Positions 1 to 13,620 of a DNA stretch of 64,000 bases are shown here, in pieces. Below the pieces are notes generated by a model. That model saw only the letters and a program-made list of their open reading frames with translations. It had not been told where the DNA came from and ran no database searches. The first letter of the stretch is position 1, and every line of letters begins with the position of its first letter. The DNA lies in assembly GCF_009914755.1 (NCBI RefSeq), contig NC_060931.1; one strand, written 5' to 3'. The stretch comes from the human T2T-CHM13v2.0 reference genome, Homo sapiens. A program made the translations under genes and the position numbers.

Positions 1-156
1 CAGAGACTATTTTCTTTGTTCAGTCACACAACTCAGACCTAAGAAAAAGATGGACAATTTTTCCCACACTTATCTCTATAGAACAGGATTTTCATTTAAT
101 GTATTCACCGAGGGTTTCATCCCTCTAGGGCCCTATCTCTATGAGAAGGCTTCTGA

Positions 157-693
<537 letters not shown>

Positions 694-801
694 ATCATTC
701 TTTATTATTGTTTTTCATTTTCAACTTGTATTTAAGCTCAGCATACTTAAAATATGCTTTAAATATGTTGTTCAGCATTTTTAGGTGTTCTGTATTAGGA
801 G

Positions 802-802
<1 letters not shown>

Positions 803-833
<31 letters not shown>
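803..833. repeat. (TG)n microsatellite
   Basis: About 15 perfect TG units. Confidence 0.95.
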
Positions 834-837
<4 letters not shown>

Positions 838-1711
838 GGTCTGATATATAGCTTTAAGTAAAAGTTTGCCCACAGTTTTTTTCTAAATTTACTATAAAAT
901 AATGCTAATAAGCACAGCAAATATCAGCAGTGGTTTAATTTTGAAAGTACTAATGAGTTATTTTTTCTTTATTTTCATTTATATTTTCAGAAATTTAAAG
1001 AGGATCGTTTGTTATTTTTATGAAAGAAACATTATGGCAAGGAATTACATGGTGTAAAGGCAGCAAAACAGGAAGTTAACAATAAAGGAATGAGATGAGA
1101 GAATTCTTCAAAAAGGAGGGAACTGTTGAGCTGATTGTAAAATTCTTACCTGAATTCTGTTAAATATACAATTAAATTTCTAATAAATTATACCTCAAAG
1201 AAGTATACATTAAATTTTTTGTTAAAGGTAATTTGAAGTGTACTTCCATTACTTGTACTGAATATAACCTTGACTAAATCTGACTTCATAGAATTTTTGC
1301 AAAATTTATTTGAGATAATAATTGAAAAATGCTAGCTTAGATGAAATACAGAGTTTTGAAATTTTTAGTAGCATTATATTATAGCAATAAGACTTAAGTA
1401 ATGAAATGAAAAAGCTGCTGGTTATTAAGTTGCTGATTGTATCAGAGTCAAATGGCGTACACTTTTGTTTGAAATTCAGGTGCAGACTTGCAATATAAGA
1501 GAGTACACTTTCCTATATTCCAGTAAACAGTATCCTAATCGCCATCAATAGCATTTGTCAGGCACATGATTCGGGTGTCAGCATTGTGCTAAGAGAGGCA
1601 AAGGTTATATAAGGAAGTATTTACCCTTGAATTTCAAATAATTGTTATGGGGATATGAAAATATAGACAATCCCACTATGGGCTCAGAATTTATTTTTTC
1701 CCCATATTTAT

Positions 1712-2239
1712 TTCCTTCCCCACAACACTTTCTCAGCCTATCCAGTATGCCTTGACGTTACTCCGATTATCCTGATGCATACACCACATGAAATATTATC
1801 TCATCTGTAGGCTCATTTATCTCACTAACAGCAGTTATACTAATTTTTTTTTTTTTTGAGATGGAGTCTAGCTGGAGGTCAGTGGCGAGATCTCAGCTCA
1901 CTGCAAGCTCCACCTCCTGAGTTCACACCATTCTCCCGCCTCAGCCTCCCCAGTAGCTGAGACTACAGGTGCATGCCACCGTGCCCGGCTAATTTTGTTT
2001 TTGTATTTTTAGTAGAGACGGGGCTTCAACGTGTTAGCCAGGATGGTCTCGATCTCCTGACCTCGTGATCCGCCCGCCTCGGCCTCCCAAAGTGACTAAT
2101 ACTTTTTATAATCTGAGAAGCCTTTGCTTCAAAACGAAAAGTTCTAACAATTGAACAAACATCTACTAATTTAGAGTGACTTTACGGCTGTCCACCTCCT
2201 TACCACACATTCAAAGAGCCAACCTACATGAAAACCTAA
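1712..2239 (+). pseudogene. NUMT: 3' end of mitochondrial COX1, interrupted by AluY at 1845-2094
   Basis: In the vertebrate mt code, with the Alu and one TSD copy removed, it reads [87 protein letters not shown]. This matches the COX1 C-terminus ([21 protein letters not shown]...[15 protein letters not shown]). TAA stop at 2237-2239. Confidence 0.96.
1845..2094 (-). mobile_element. AluY, 5'-truncated, inserted in the NUMT
   Basis: AluY diagnostics gcaagctcc, ccattctc, gttagccaggatggtctcgatctcc; TSD actaat at 1839-1844 and 2095-2100. Confidence 0.93.
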
Positions 2240-2240
2240 A

Positions 2241-2309
2241 CGAAAAAGGAAAGAATGGAACCTCCAGAAACTGGTTTCAAGCCAATCCCATAACCTCTAT
2301 GACCTTCTC
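2241..2309 (-). pseudogene. NUMT copy of mt tRNA-Ser(UCN)
   Basis: cgaaaaaggaaagaatggaacctccagaaactggtttcaagccaatcccataacctctatgaccttctc follows the COX1 stop in mtDNA gene order; TGA anticodon on the minus strand (tca at 2277-2279). Confidence 0.92.
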
Positions 2310-2312
2310 AGT

Positions 2313-2335
2313 AAGATATTAGTAAAATCATTACA
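2313..2335 (+). pseudogene. NUMT copy of the 5' end of mt tRNA-Asp (truncated)
   Basis: aagatattagtaaaatcattaca resembles mt tRNA-Asp AAGGTATTAGAAAAACCATTTCA and lies in the expected order; the NUMT ends here. Confidence 0.8.
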
Positions 2336-2372
2336 CATACAAAATAGAAACAATTAAGTAAAAAACAGAGTT

Positions 2373-2686
<314 letters not shown>

Positions 2687-3099
2687 CTATATAATCTTTA
2701 AATATCTTGTAACTCAAAGTCTATGACTCCAGCCCAAGAAGCTCTGGATATAAGAACGTTCACCTTTATGTCAGGTGACATTCTTTGTTGCCATGGTAGT
2801 AGAGGTATAAGAGCCTGTTTTATAAGTTTCTATATAATTCCCAGTGATGTGTCATATGAAAAGTAGGTGCTGATACAAAAAATAAAAATAAACAACAACA
2901 AACCTCAAATCGTTGAGAGAAGAAATACAGAGTTATTACATTTAGCTGATAATTCATGTCATATTTAATTTTTACTGCAGCTTTTTCTTCTCGATGGATC
3001 CAAATTAGGTTAAGGAGTTAAATGGATATTTTCTGAGAATCCACTATCCCAGCCTGCTGCGTGATTATTTTTTCATTGTATTCATCACCTTCTGATACG

Positions 3100-3258
3100 C
3101 TGTGTATGTTTCCTTGTTTATTCTCTCTCTCCCCTGTTAGAATCCTAGCTCTATATGGCAGAGATTGTTGCCTGGTGTTTTCAACATTGTACCCTCCTTC
3201 CCTAGATCTGTGCCTGACACACATCAAGCACTTAATGATTATTTGTTGAAGGAATGAA
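3100..3258 (+). mobile_element. L2 3' end
   Basis: ctagatctgtgcctgacacacatcaagcacttaatgattatttgttgaaggaatgaa resembles the L2 terminus. Confidence 0.75.
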
Positions 3259-3286
3259 TTATTCTGCTATTTAAGAATAAGAGAGG

Positions 3287-3588
3287 GGACAGGCACGGCG
3301 ACTCATGCCTCTAATCCCAGCACTTTGGGAGGCCGAGGCAGGTGGATAACCTGCGGTCAGGAGTTCGAGACCAGCCTGGCCAACATGGCTAAACCCAGTC
3401 TCTACTAAAAGTACAAAAATTACCTGGACGTGGCGGTGGGTGCCTATAATCCCAGCTACTCATGAAACTGAGGCAGGAAAATCACTTGAATCCTGGAGGC
3501 GGAGGTTGCGGTGAGCTGAGATCGCACCACTGCACTCTAGCCTGGGCAACAGAGTGAGACTCCATCTCAAACAAACAAACAAACAAAA
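3287..3588 (+). mobile_element. Alu (AluS-type)
   Basis: Dimeric Alu with (AAAC)n tail. Confidence 0.95.
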
Positions 3589-3670
3589 GAATGAAAGAGA
3601 AAGCAGTCTCAGGGCTAATATGGCTAATATGGCTAGGAAGCAGACATCAAAGAGTTTAAAGTATCCTGTA

Positions 3671-4180
3671 GCAGTAATTCTCAAACTTCATCATCTGTAA
3701 GGCTTGTTAAACCACAGGTTGCAGAGTTTTAGTCTCAGCATTCCTGATCTAGAGGGGAGTGAGCAGGGCATAAAAATTTACATTCTAGGGCCAGGCACGG
3801 TGGCTTATGCCTATAATCCCAGCACTGTGGGAGGCTGAGGCAGGAGGATTACTTGAGGTCAGGAGTTTGAGACCAGCCTAGCCAACATGGCGAAACCCCG
3901 TCTCTACTTAAAATATGAAAAATAATAATAATAATAATTAGCTGGGTGTGGTAGCACGTGCCTGTAATCCCAGCTACTCAGGAGGCTGAGGCACGAGAAT
4001 TACTTGAACCTGAGAGGCGGAGGTTGCAATGAGCCAAGATCGCACCACTGCACTCAAACCTGGGTAACAGAGCAAGACTCTGTCTTAAAAAAAAAAAAAT
4101 GGAATTTCCATTTTAACAGGTTCCCCAGTGATGCTGATGTTGATATTCCTGGTTCTGGGGCTGCACTTTGAGAACCTCTG
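3671..4180 (+). mobile_element. MER5A (hAT-Charlie), split by the Alu at 3789-4099
   Basis: Termini cagtaattctcaaact...ctttgagaacctctg; internal ggcttgttaaaccacag and gtgatgctgatg. Confidence 0.8.
3789..4099 (+). mobile_element. Alu (AluS-type)
   Basis: Dimeric Alu, (AAT)n in the linker, poly-A tail. Confidence 0.95.
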
Positions 4181-5054
4181 CTCTTTTTTGTTTGTTTGTT
4201 TTGTTTTGTTTTTTAAAGGATGCCCTTTTGTATAAATGCGTCTCTACCCTCACCCCTATAATCCCAGCACCACATCCAGAGTGAGCTTATCTAGAACTAA
4301 TTACCTATTGCAATTTGAAAACAAAGATCACTACTATCAGTTCAATTAAATTAATCACATATTATTATTATTGCATGAAGGAGAGAGTAAGGAAGAGAAA
4401 AGAGTCCAGGACATAATTTTGGAGATGGGGTAATAGAGCCCATGGAAGTCAAGAGACTTGTTCAAGGTCCACAGCTCACGGCCAATAGAGAGTCTGCCAA
4501 ATTTTCACTATATAAAATTGGCACGAAATGTGCCAAATCTACATTTAGAATGTTCATTTCTGATTGCCATAGAGAAGATAGAACTAAATTCCAAGGAGAA
4601 ATGATACTTAAGAGATCTAAACGCTAAAGGAACGTGTCTCTTTTTAAATTTTTATTTTTCTGAAAGCAAGATATACTACTGCGCAATGGAGGAAAAAAAA
4701 TTAGAAATGATAAAAGTATTTATGATAATGGGAGAGAAACCCATTAAGAATTTTATTAGATAAGAATGACAAAATTAACTTTCCCTGTTTTCATTTTAGA
4801 ATCACTGAACATTTGTGTTTCCATAATAAAAATAGCAATGAAAAGAAAATTGGACACAGAGCATTACCCTTTTCCCTCTGCGGGATGGAGAAGGATGATT
4901 TCATATCCCTGGAAAGATGAGGAAGGCCTGCCACGGGTTTAATTAAAGCAGAAAAAGAGCAAGGCTTAAGGTAGCATCCTGCACCTGAGTTCTCCATGTT
5001 GCATAGTAGTTATACATACGCTTGGGTTCTGCATTTGGACTATGTGATTTTTGA

Positions 5055-5422
<368 letters not shown>

Positions 5423-5841
5423 TAATCCATTCTTTAGAAGATGGTGAGGAATTATTCAATGTTAGCTGAGTTTATCTGTCCTTGGCATAAAATGGCAAGA
5501 ATTCAACCACATCGTGGGAAAGTGATCCACCCATTTGAAAAGATTCTGTTCAATAATGTATCTATTTAGTCTCTCACTATAAATTCTGTGCTGGGCACTC
5601 TGCGTTGATCTCATTTTGTGACATGAAATAGACATGACTCAGCCACCTGCCGCAGTCTTTGTAGCTGTTGCCATGGGGAGGGGACCCTGCCGATTGGGCA
5701 GAAACTATAGTTTTGAAAGAATGCTGGAAGTAATGTGTTTAATGAAAAAACAAATGAAAACAAATGAACAGCAAGTTTAAGAAGAGAAATACAAAGAAGG
5801 AAAAGATGGCCTGTGAAAGAAAAGAAAATTAAAAATAACCT

Positions 5842-6150
5842 TTTTCCTTTTACCTTTTTTTTTTTTTTTTTTGAGACTGAGTCTTGCTCTGTCACCCAGG
5901 CTAGAGTGCAGTGGCACAATCGCTGCTCGCTGCAACCTCCGCCTCCCTGGTTCAAGTGATTCTTCTGCCTCAGTTTCCTGAGTAGCTGGGATTACAGGTG
6001 CCCACCACCATGCCCGGCTAATTTTTGTATTTTTAGTAGAGACGGGGTTTCACCATATTGGCCAGGCTGGTCTCGAATTCCGGACCTCATGATTCGCCCC
6101 TTGGCTTCACAAAGTGCTGGGATTACAGGCGTGAGCCACCAGGCTTAGCC
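5842..6150 (-). mobile_element. Alu (AluS-type)
   Basis: Dimeric Alu; TSD aaaataacct at 5832-5841 and 6152-6161. Confidence 0.95.
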
Positions 6151-6168
6151 GAAAATAACCTCTTGTTT

Positions 6169-6203
6169 TACACTTGATCTTAGCCAAAAGGCCAAGAAGT
6201 GAT
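6169..6203 (-). pseudogene. U2 snRNA 5' fragment (nt 1-35), 3'-truncated retrocopy
   Basis: Reverse complement ATCACTTCTTGGCCTTTTGGCTAAGATCAAGTGTA versus U2 ATCGCTTCTCGGCCTTTTGGCTAAGATCAAGTGTA differs at two CpG transitions; TSD ataacctctt at 6155-6164 and 6204-6213. Confidence 0.93.
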
Positions 6204-6569
6204 ATAACCTCTTTTTTTAAAAGTAAAACTAAGAATATTTCAATAATTTAATTTGCACAGAGTTGGTCCTAGGTGAGCCTAAGAGGAAACTGGGTGCATG
6301 GGGCCTCTTCCTCTTCCCCTTTCCTCTAAACTTATTATAGTTGATATGCAGGGGCAGTTGTTAGTTACTGGTTCACTTGTTTGGCTAAAGACAAAGAGAC
6401 GTGTTCTGAGCGTGTCTTCCTGGAGGGATACTGTTGGAAGTGCAGGATTGGAGACCCTAAGTGTGTTGGCTCCTTAGTCTGGCCCCAGAGAAAAAGTGGA
6501 TGCAAAAGAGGGATGGAAGTTATGGTAAAAATCTAGATAACCAATAGATATGACACTTTATGAGATTTA

Positions 6570-6966
<397 letters not shown>

Positions 6967-7349
6967 CTTTGGGTGCCAGGTTTCACAATACGACGTGCCT
7001 CTGGGGGAGAGATGTTCCTCTTCTACTCTGCCACAGGCCATGGAGAACACCGGCACCTGGGCTGAAGAGGTGCCTGCACCCCGCCGAGGAGCAGGAGGAA
7101 CTCTTGCACATAGCAGGGCACTTTATGTTTACATTTATTATTTTAGAAAAGTATTCATTGGTAACATGTTTACTCCAATTCAGGACTGCTTTTGTGTCCA
7201 TTTTTAGTTTATTCTTCTGTAGTTGTTCCCACAAAGGAGCACAGCATTTTTTTTTTCTGAAATGAAAAAAAAAGTGTGGCTCCACATTTTCTATATCAGC
7301 AATTCAAGAACATGAATTAAACAACAGTTGAACTCTTGCAACCTTGGAG

Positions 7350-7665
7350 GAGAGTACAAGAGAAGAAAGAAAGTAAAAGAGAGAGAGAGAAAGAAAGAAG
7401 GAAGAAAGAGAGAAAGAAAGAAAGAAAAAGGAAGGAAGGAAGGGAAAGAAGAGAAAGAAAGAAGGAAGGAAAGAGGGAAGGAAGGAAGGCGGGAGGGAGG
7501 AAGGAGGGAAAGGAGGAAGAAGGAAAGAAGGAGAAAGACATAAAGAGAAAGAAAAAAGGAAGAAAGAAAGAAAAAGAAAGGAAGGAAGGAAGAGAGAGAC
7601 AGAGAGGGAAAGAAAGAAAAGGAAGGAAGGGAGAGAGAAAGAAAGAGAGAGAAAGAAAGAAAGAC
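7350..7665. repeat. Complex purine-rich (GAAA/GGAA/GA)n tract
   Basis: About 315 nt that are almost entirely A/G on the + strand. Confidence 0.95.
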
Positions 7666-7732
7666 AACTAATATTAAGGATGAGTTATTTGCCTCCAGAA
7701 TCTTTCAGAATGAACTTCCAGCTTTTAGACAA

Positions 7733-8745
7733 TGGAGGGGTGGCCTGCCCCTCCACACCTGTGGGTATTTCTAGTCGGGTGGGACAAGAGACTGAGAAAA
7801 GAAATAAGACACAGAGACAAAGTAGAGAGAAACAACAGTGGGCCCAGGGGACAGGCACTCAACACACCAAGGACCTGCACCAGCACCAGTCTCTGAGTTT
7901 CCTCAGTTTTTATTGATTATTATTTTCATTATTTTAGCAAAAAGGAATGTAGTAGGAGAGCAGGGTGATAATAAGGAGAAGGTCAGCAAAAAACGTGAGC
8001 AAAAGAATCTGTGTCATAATGAAGTTCAAGGGAAGATACTATGCCTGGACGTGCACGTAGGCCAGATTTATGTTTCTCTCCACCCAGACATCTCAGTGGA
8101 GTAAAGAATAACAAAGCAGCGTTGCTGCAAACATGTCTTGGCTCCCACCACAGGGTGGTTTTTCTCCTATCTCAGAATTGAACAAATGTACAATCGGGTT
8201 TTATACCAAGACATTCAGTTCCCAGGGGCAGGCAGGAGACAGTGGCCTTCCTCTATCTCAGCTGCAAGAGGCCTTCCTCTTTTACTAATCCACCTCAGTA
8301 CAGACCCTTTACGGGTGTCAGGCTGGGGGATGGTCAGCTCTTTCTCATCCCACGAGGCCATATTTCAGGGTATCATATGGGGACAAACCTTGGACAATAC
8401 CCCGCTTTCAAGGGCAGAGGTCCCTGTGGCTTTCCACAGTGCATTGTGCCCCTGGTTTATTGAGACTAGAGAATGGCGATGACTTTTACCAAGTATACTG
8501 CTTGTAAACGTTTTGTTAACAAGGCACTCCTGCACAGCCCTAGGTCCCTTAAACCTTGATTTTATACAACGCATGTTTTTGTGAGCTCCAGGTTGGGTCA
8601 AAGTGGCTGGGGCAAAGCTACAAATTAACAACATCTCAGCAAAGCAATTGTTTAAAGTACAGGTCTTTTTCAAAATGGAGTCTCTTATGTCTTTCCTTTC
8701 TACATAGACATAGTAACAGTCTGATCTCTCTTTCTTTTCCCTACA
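7733..8745 (-). mobile_element. HERV-K(HML-2) solo LTR (LTR5A/LTR5B type)
   Basis: Minus strand begins TGTAGGGAAAAGAAAGAGAGATCAGACTGTTAC and ends GGGGCAGGCCACCCCTCCA; 1013 bp; TSD gacaa at 7728-7732 and 8746-8750; TATAAAA (8199-8205) and AATAAA (7909-7914) on the minus strand. Confidence 0.93.
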
Positions 8746-8814
8746 GACAACCATTCTGTTTCATTTGGGACAGTTTCTTAAGACTTCTTTTCAAAAATTT
8801 CTAATTGGACTATA

Positions 8815-9015
8815 GTAATAACTAGAATCTTGAGCACTTAACTATGAACGAGACACTATTCTGAGTCCCTTCATCTATTTAATCCTATGAGTGGCATGTT
8901 GTTTTTAATTCCATTTTATAGGTGAGAAAAGTGGGATTAGAATGACCAAATAATTTGTCCAGTGTCTCAAGCTACAGAGAATAGAACCCGGATTTGAATG
9001 AGAATGTTGGGTACA
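8815..9015 (-). mobile_element. MIR
   Basis: ccattttataggtgagaaaagtggg...aatttgtcca core. Confidence 0.7.
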
Positions 9016-9125
9016 CAGCGCCTTATTTTAAACTTCTAGGAATGTAATATCACTCTTCCCTGCTCAAACACATTCAGTTGCTTCCCATACTTATGCTTTC
9101 TTCTATCTAAAATCCTTAGCTGAGT

Positions 9126-9432
<307 letters not shown>

Positions 9433-9759
9433 CTTTAACTGATTATCTAAATCAGAGTTTCTAACCTGTCTTCTGTCTAACTCAGCACAGCCTGCCCAGC
9501 TCCCTCTCCCAAGAAGAATCTAGAAAATCTATGGTGGGGAAACGTCAGGATGGGGAAAAAAGCCATAAGAAATTGCTGGAAAGCAGAGGGCTGTTTTCAG
9601 CCGAGATCAACTGTGTGTGTGAGAAGGGGAAGGATTGAGAGCTGCTCTTGAGGCCGGTGCAGAGTGTCCTGAAACTAAGAATTGAAGTTCTGGTCTTGCT
9701 TCTCTCTTCTCTTCAATCTGGGCAGCAGGTGTCCTCCAGGAGAACGTCAGGCAGGATTG

Positions 9760-9930
9760 AGCGAGGAAAGCCTCAGGACACCATGGATGCAGGCTTGACA
9801 AATGCAAGGAGGACCCCACCACCAACATGGGCCATAGAGGAATCCCCACTGGGCAGCAATGGCCAGGTCAAAGCACCCCTGCTGTGCTCAGCTTTTTGTC
9901 TGGAGATTGCACTAGAAGAGTTTGGCTCAA
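9760..9930. mobile_element. Old ERVL LTR fragment (LTR16-like)
   Basis: cactgggcagcaatggccaggtcaaagcacccctgctgtgctcag recalls the LTR16-family consensus. Confidence 0.45.
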
Positions 9931-10159
9931 CTTAAATTATTCATGAATTAGAATTTTATTGTAATAATTTATTTTTTATCTTTCCATCTATCAATTTATG
10001 TCAGTACATATTCAGATACTTACTTTATTCTATAGATTAGAATACATCATTAGTATTATTGATATTATTATTTTTTTGCTCAAATTGCCCCAGATTTGCT
10101 CATTAGGAGCTTCTTCAAGTTGTCTTCTGTGCTTTTTTTTACCCCATGGTGATGGGGAG

Positions 10160-10623
<464 letters not shown>

Positions 10624-11011
10624 TCTTCTGTGTTTCGTTGATGTGCCGTCACATTCTATATTTTCTTGAACATCTCCTTATTTTCTGGCATCATAAAATG
10701 TTCCAAGCTCATATTATTACTTTTCTTGCCCCAGTCTTGGAATCAACCATTTTCCCAAGAAGCTCTGTTTTTTGTTTTGTTTTGTTTTTTGACAATGGTA
10801 CAAAGAAAACAAGATCTGAATGCTAGGTATAGAAAAAACATTTTGAAACATGTGGAAAAATAGAGAAAAAAAAAATCAGATAAGGGCAGTGTGTCCTCTA
10901 AGTTTAGCACAGTGTACTCACTAGACACCCAGCAAGTGTTTGATGTTAGTGTGGCTAGACTGGTAACCAAATATAGTCAATGACAAAAATGCTTCATCTC
11001 GACAGTATGGG

Positions 11012-11125
11012 CAGGGTGACCCACTAGCTCTGCTTACCAGGTACTGAGGAGTTTCTTGGGACATGGGACTTTTAGTACGAAAACCAAGAAAGTCCCAGGC
11101 AATCAGGGATGAGTTGGTCACCCTA
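11012..11125. mobile_element. MER81 (hAT-Blackjack)
   Basis: TIRs agggtgacc...ggtcaccct, about 114 bp, internal gggac/gtccc repeats. Confidence 0.85.
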
Positions 11126-12347
11126 ATATGGAATAGGGTCGGTGAGGAAGGGAAGGAATCAATGTTGGCCGCATTCAGCAGAGGAGGCTTCTGGAGGGCG
11201 GGAAGCATAGCTTGTGCGGCTCTCTGAGACATGGGGAGTTGCTAAGAATCCCTTTCTCTGCCCCTTAGGCATCTCAGACGCTGTCATTCTCCGTGAGTAG
11301 CATTTGCAGCGTGGATCTCATCCACAGCTTCTGACTCTCTGCCCTCTCCTCACTGAGCTGTAAATAATAACTTTGAACCTTTCAACACTGCTCAGATAAG
11401 CTGTGATGGGAAACACGGTCTGTGCCAATGGACCACATGTTTCTGCCAACGACAGTCTGTTGGAGCAGGAGGTGGGAAGTCCAGATGTACAATTACTACT
11501 GGGCTTCCAGCAGCATCCCATCCGGGGTTTACAGAAGCGCAACTAAATCAACAAAGGTTTTGTTTCAAGCGTCGCCGGTCACAGCTGCTGTGGCGTCTCA
11601 GTTTTTCCTATCAAATATTTTCCAAAAGGGCTGAGTGTGAGGCCGAAGGATCAGAGGAAGAAAGGTTTAGAGATGAATGCATCTTAGGCTTGAGCAGAAA
11701 CTCAGTCAAACATCTTGTTAAATCCCCTGCCTTTGTGGACAACTATATTATTGCCCCATTCTGCAGATTCAGTAACTGAGGCTGCAGAATCATTAATGGT
11801 TATGCCCAAACTGCAGCGTGATAGGTGCTAGAGAAGAGACGAGAGAACCCTTTCCTCTAAGAATAGTGCTCATTTTCCCACACTAATGCTTCCTCAATTA
11901 TGTTCCTAAAATCCACATAATGTGCATAATGAGAAAGTCCTCATTAAAAAAAAATGTTTACTGAATCTAGATTTCCCCATCTTATTTGCACATGAAGCTC
12001 TTTCTTCACCAGATTCCTATTATGAGACCACAGAGAGCTGAGTCTAAGAAAGTCGTCACAGGTGAGGAATTTGAGGTTTTTTAAAAAAAAGAAGTGAAAA
12101 ATCATGGACATGGTAGAAGTACTAAAATACTATAACCACTAATGAGGGAATTGTTGGGGTTGATAACTCTGTAGGACTGATACAACATAAAGGCATTTTG
12201 GTTGGCTGAGCTATGGTTTACTTTAGACCACAAAATACTGCCCCCTTCTTTCAGTGTGGCTGTTTCAGTGGTATTTGTTTCAATCCTATTTTTCAGCCAG
12301 TAGATGAAGGACAGCAGTCATATAAAGGCTTCCATTAAGAGATTTCA

Positions 12348-12630
12348 GACTTGGCGCAGTGTAATCCCAGCACTTTGGGAGGCCAAGGTGGGTGGATTGC
12401 TTGATCTCAGAAGTTCGAGACCAGACTGGGCAACATGGTGAAACCCTGTCTCTAAATAGAAAAAAAAGCAAAATTTAACCAAGCATAGTTTTGTGTGCCT
12501 GTAGTCCCTGCTACTCAGGAGGCTGAGGTGAGAGGGTAGCTTGAGTCTGGGAGGTTGAGGCTGCAGTGAGCCATCATCACGTCACTGCACTCCAGCCTGG
12601 GCAACATAGCAAGACCCCGTCTCAAAAAAA
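12348..12630 (+). mobile_element. AluJ
   Basis: Dimeric Alu; aagagattt on both flanks. Confidence 0.9.
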
Positions 12631-12985
12631 GAGATTTTTAGAGACTCTGAGCATAAACACTGCTACTTTGGGGTTCAGGTGACTCCAAAGTGTTTGACAC
12701 AGAGTCATTAAGAGAGTCAATCTCCCCATCTTGACACAGTCTTTAGTGCAGGGCTGGCCCTCTGAGAATTTGTAGTTTTGGAAGCATTAGGAGATAGCAC
12801 CTCTGACAAATACATTGACATTTTTGTATAAGAAACTCCTGCCTGTCAGTGATAAAAAGAGAGCAACCCCATTTTTTTTAAATGGAGAGTTGCTGTGAGA
12901 AGGATATTTGTAGAATGGGAAGCCACCAAGTTTTTGACCATAAGATGAGAGCCCAAGGTTATTGGTAATTAGAAATAAGACAAAT

Positions 12986-13600
<615 letters not shown>

Positions 13601-13620
13601 GAGGTAGGGATAGTCAGGGG

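Noticed and set aside
2241-2309. Functional tRNA gene
   Set aside because: Mitochondrial-type tRNA inside a decayed NUMT, with no evidence of nuclear expression
6169-6203. Functional U2 snRNA gene
   Set aside because: Only 35 nt long, with no Sm site or 3' stem-loops, and flanked by a TSD
7317-7671. K/E/R-rich and F/S/L-rich ORFs
   Set aside because: Purine simple repeat; the same applies to 43876-44340
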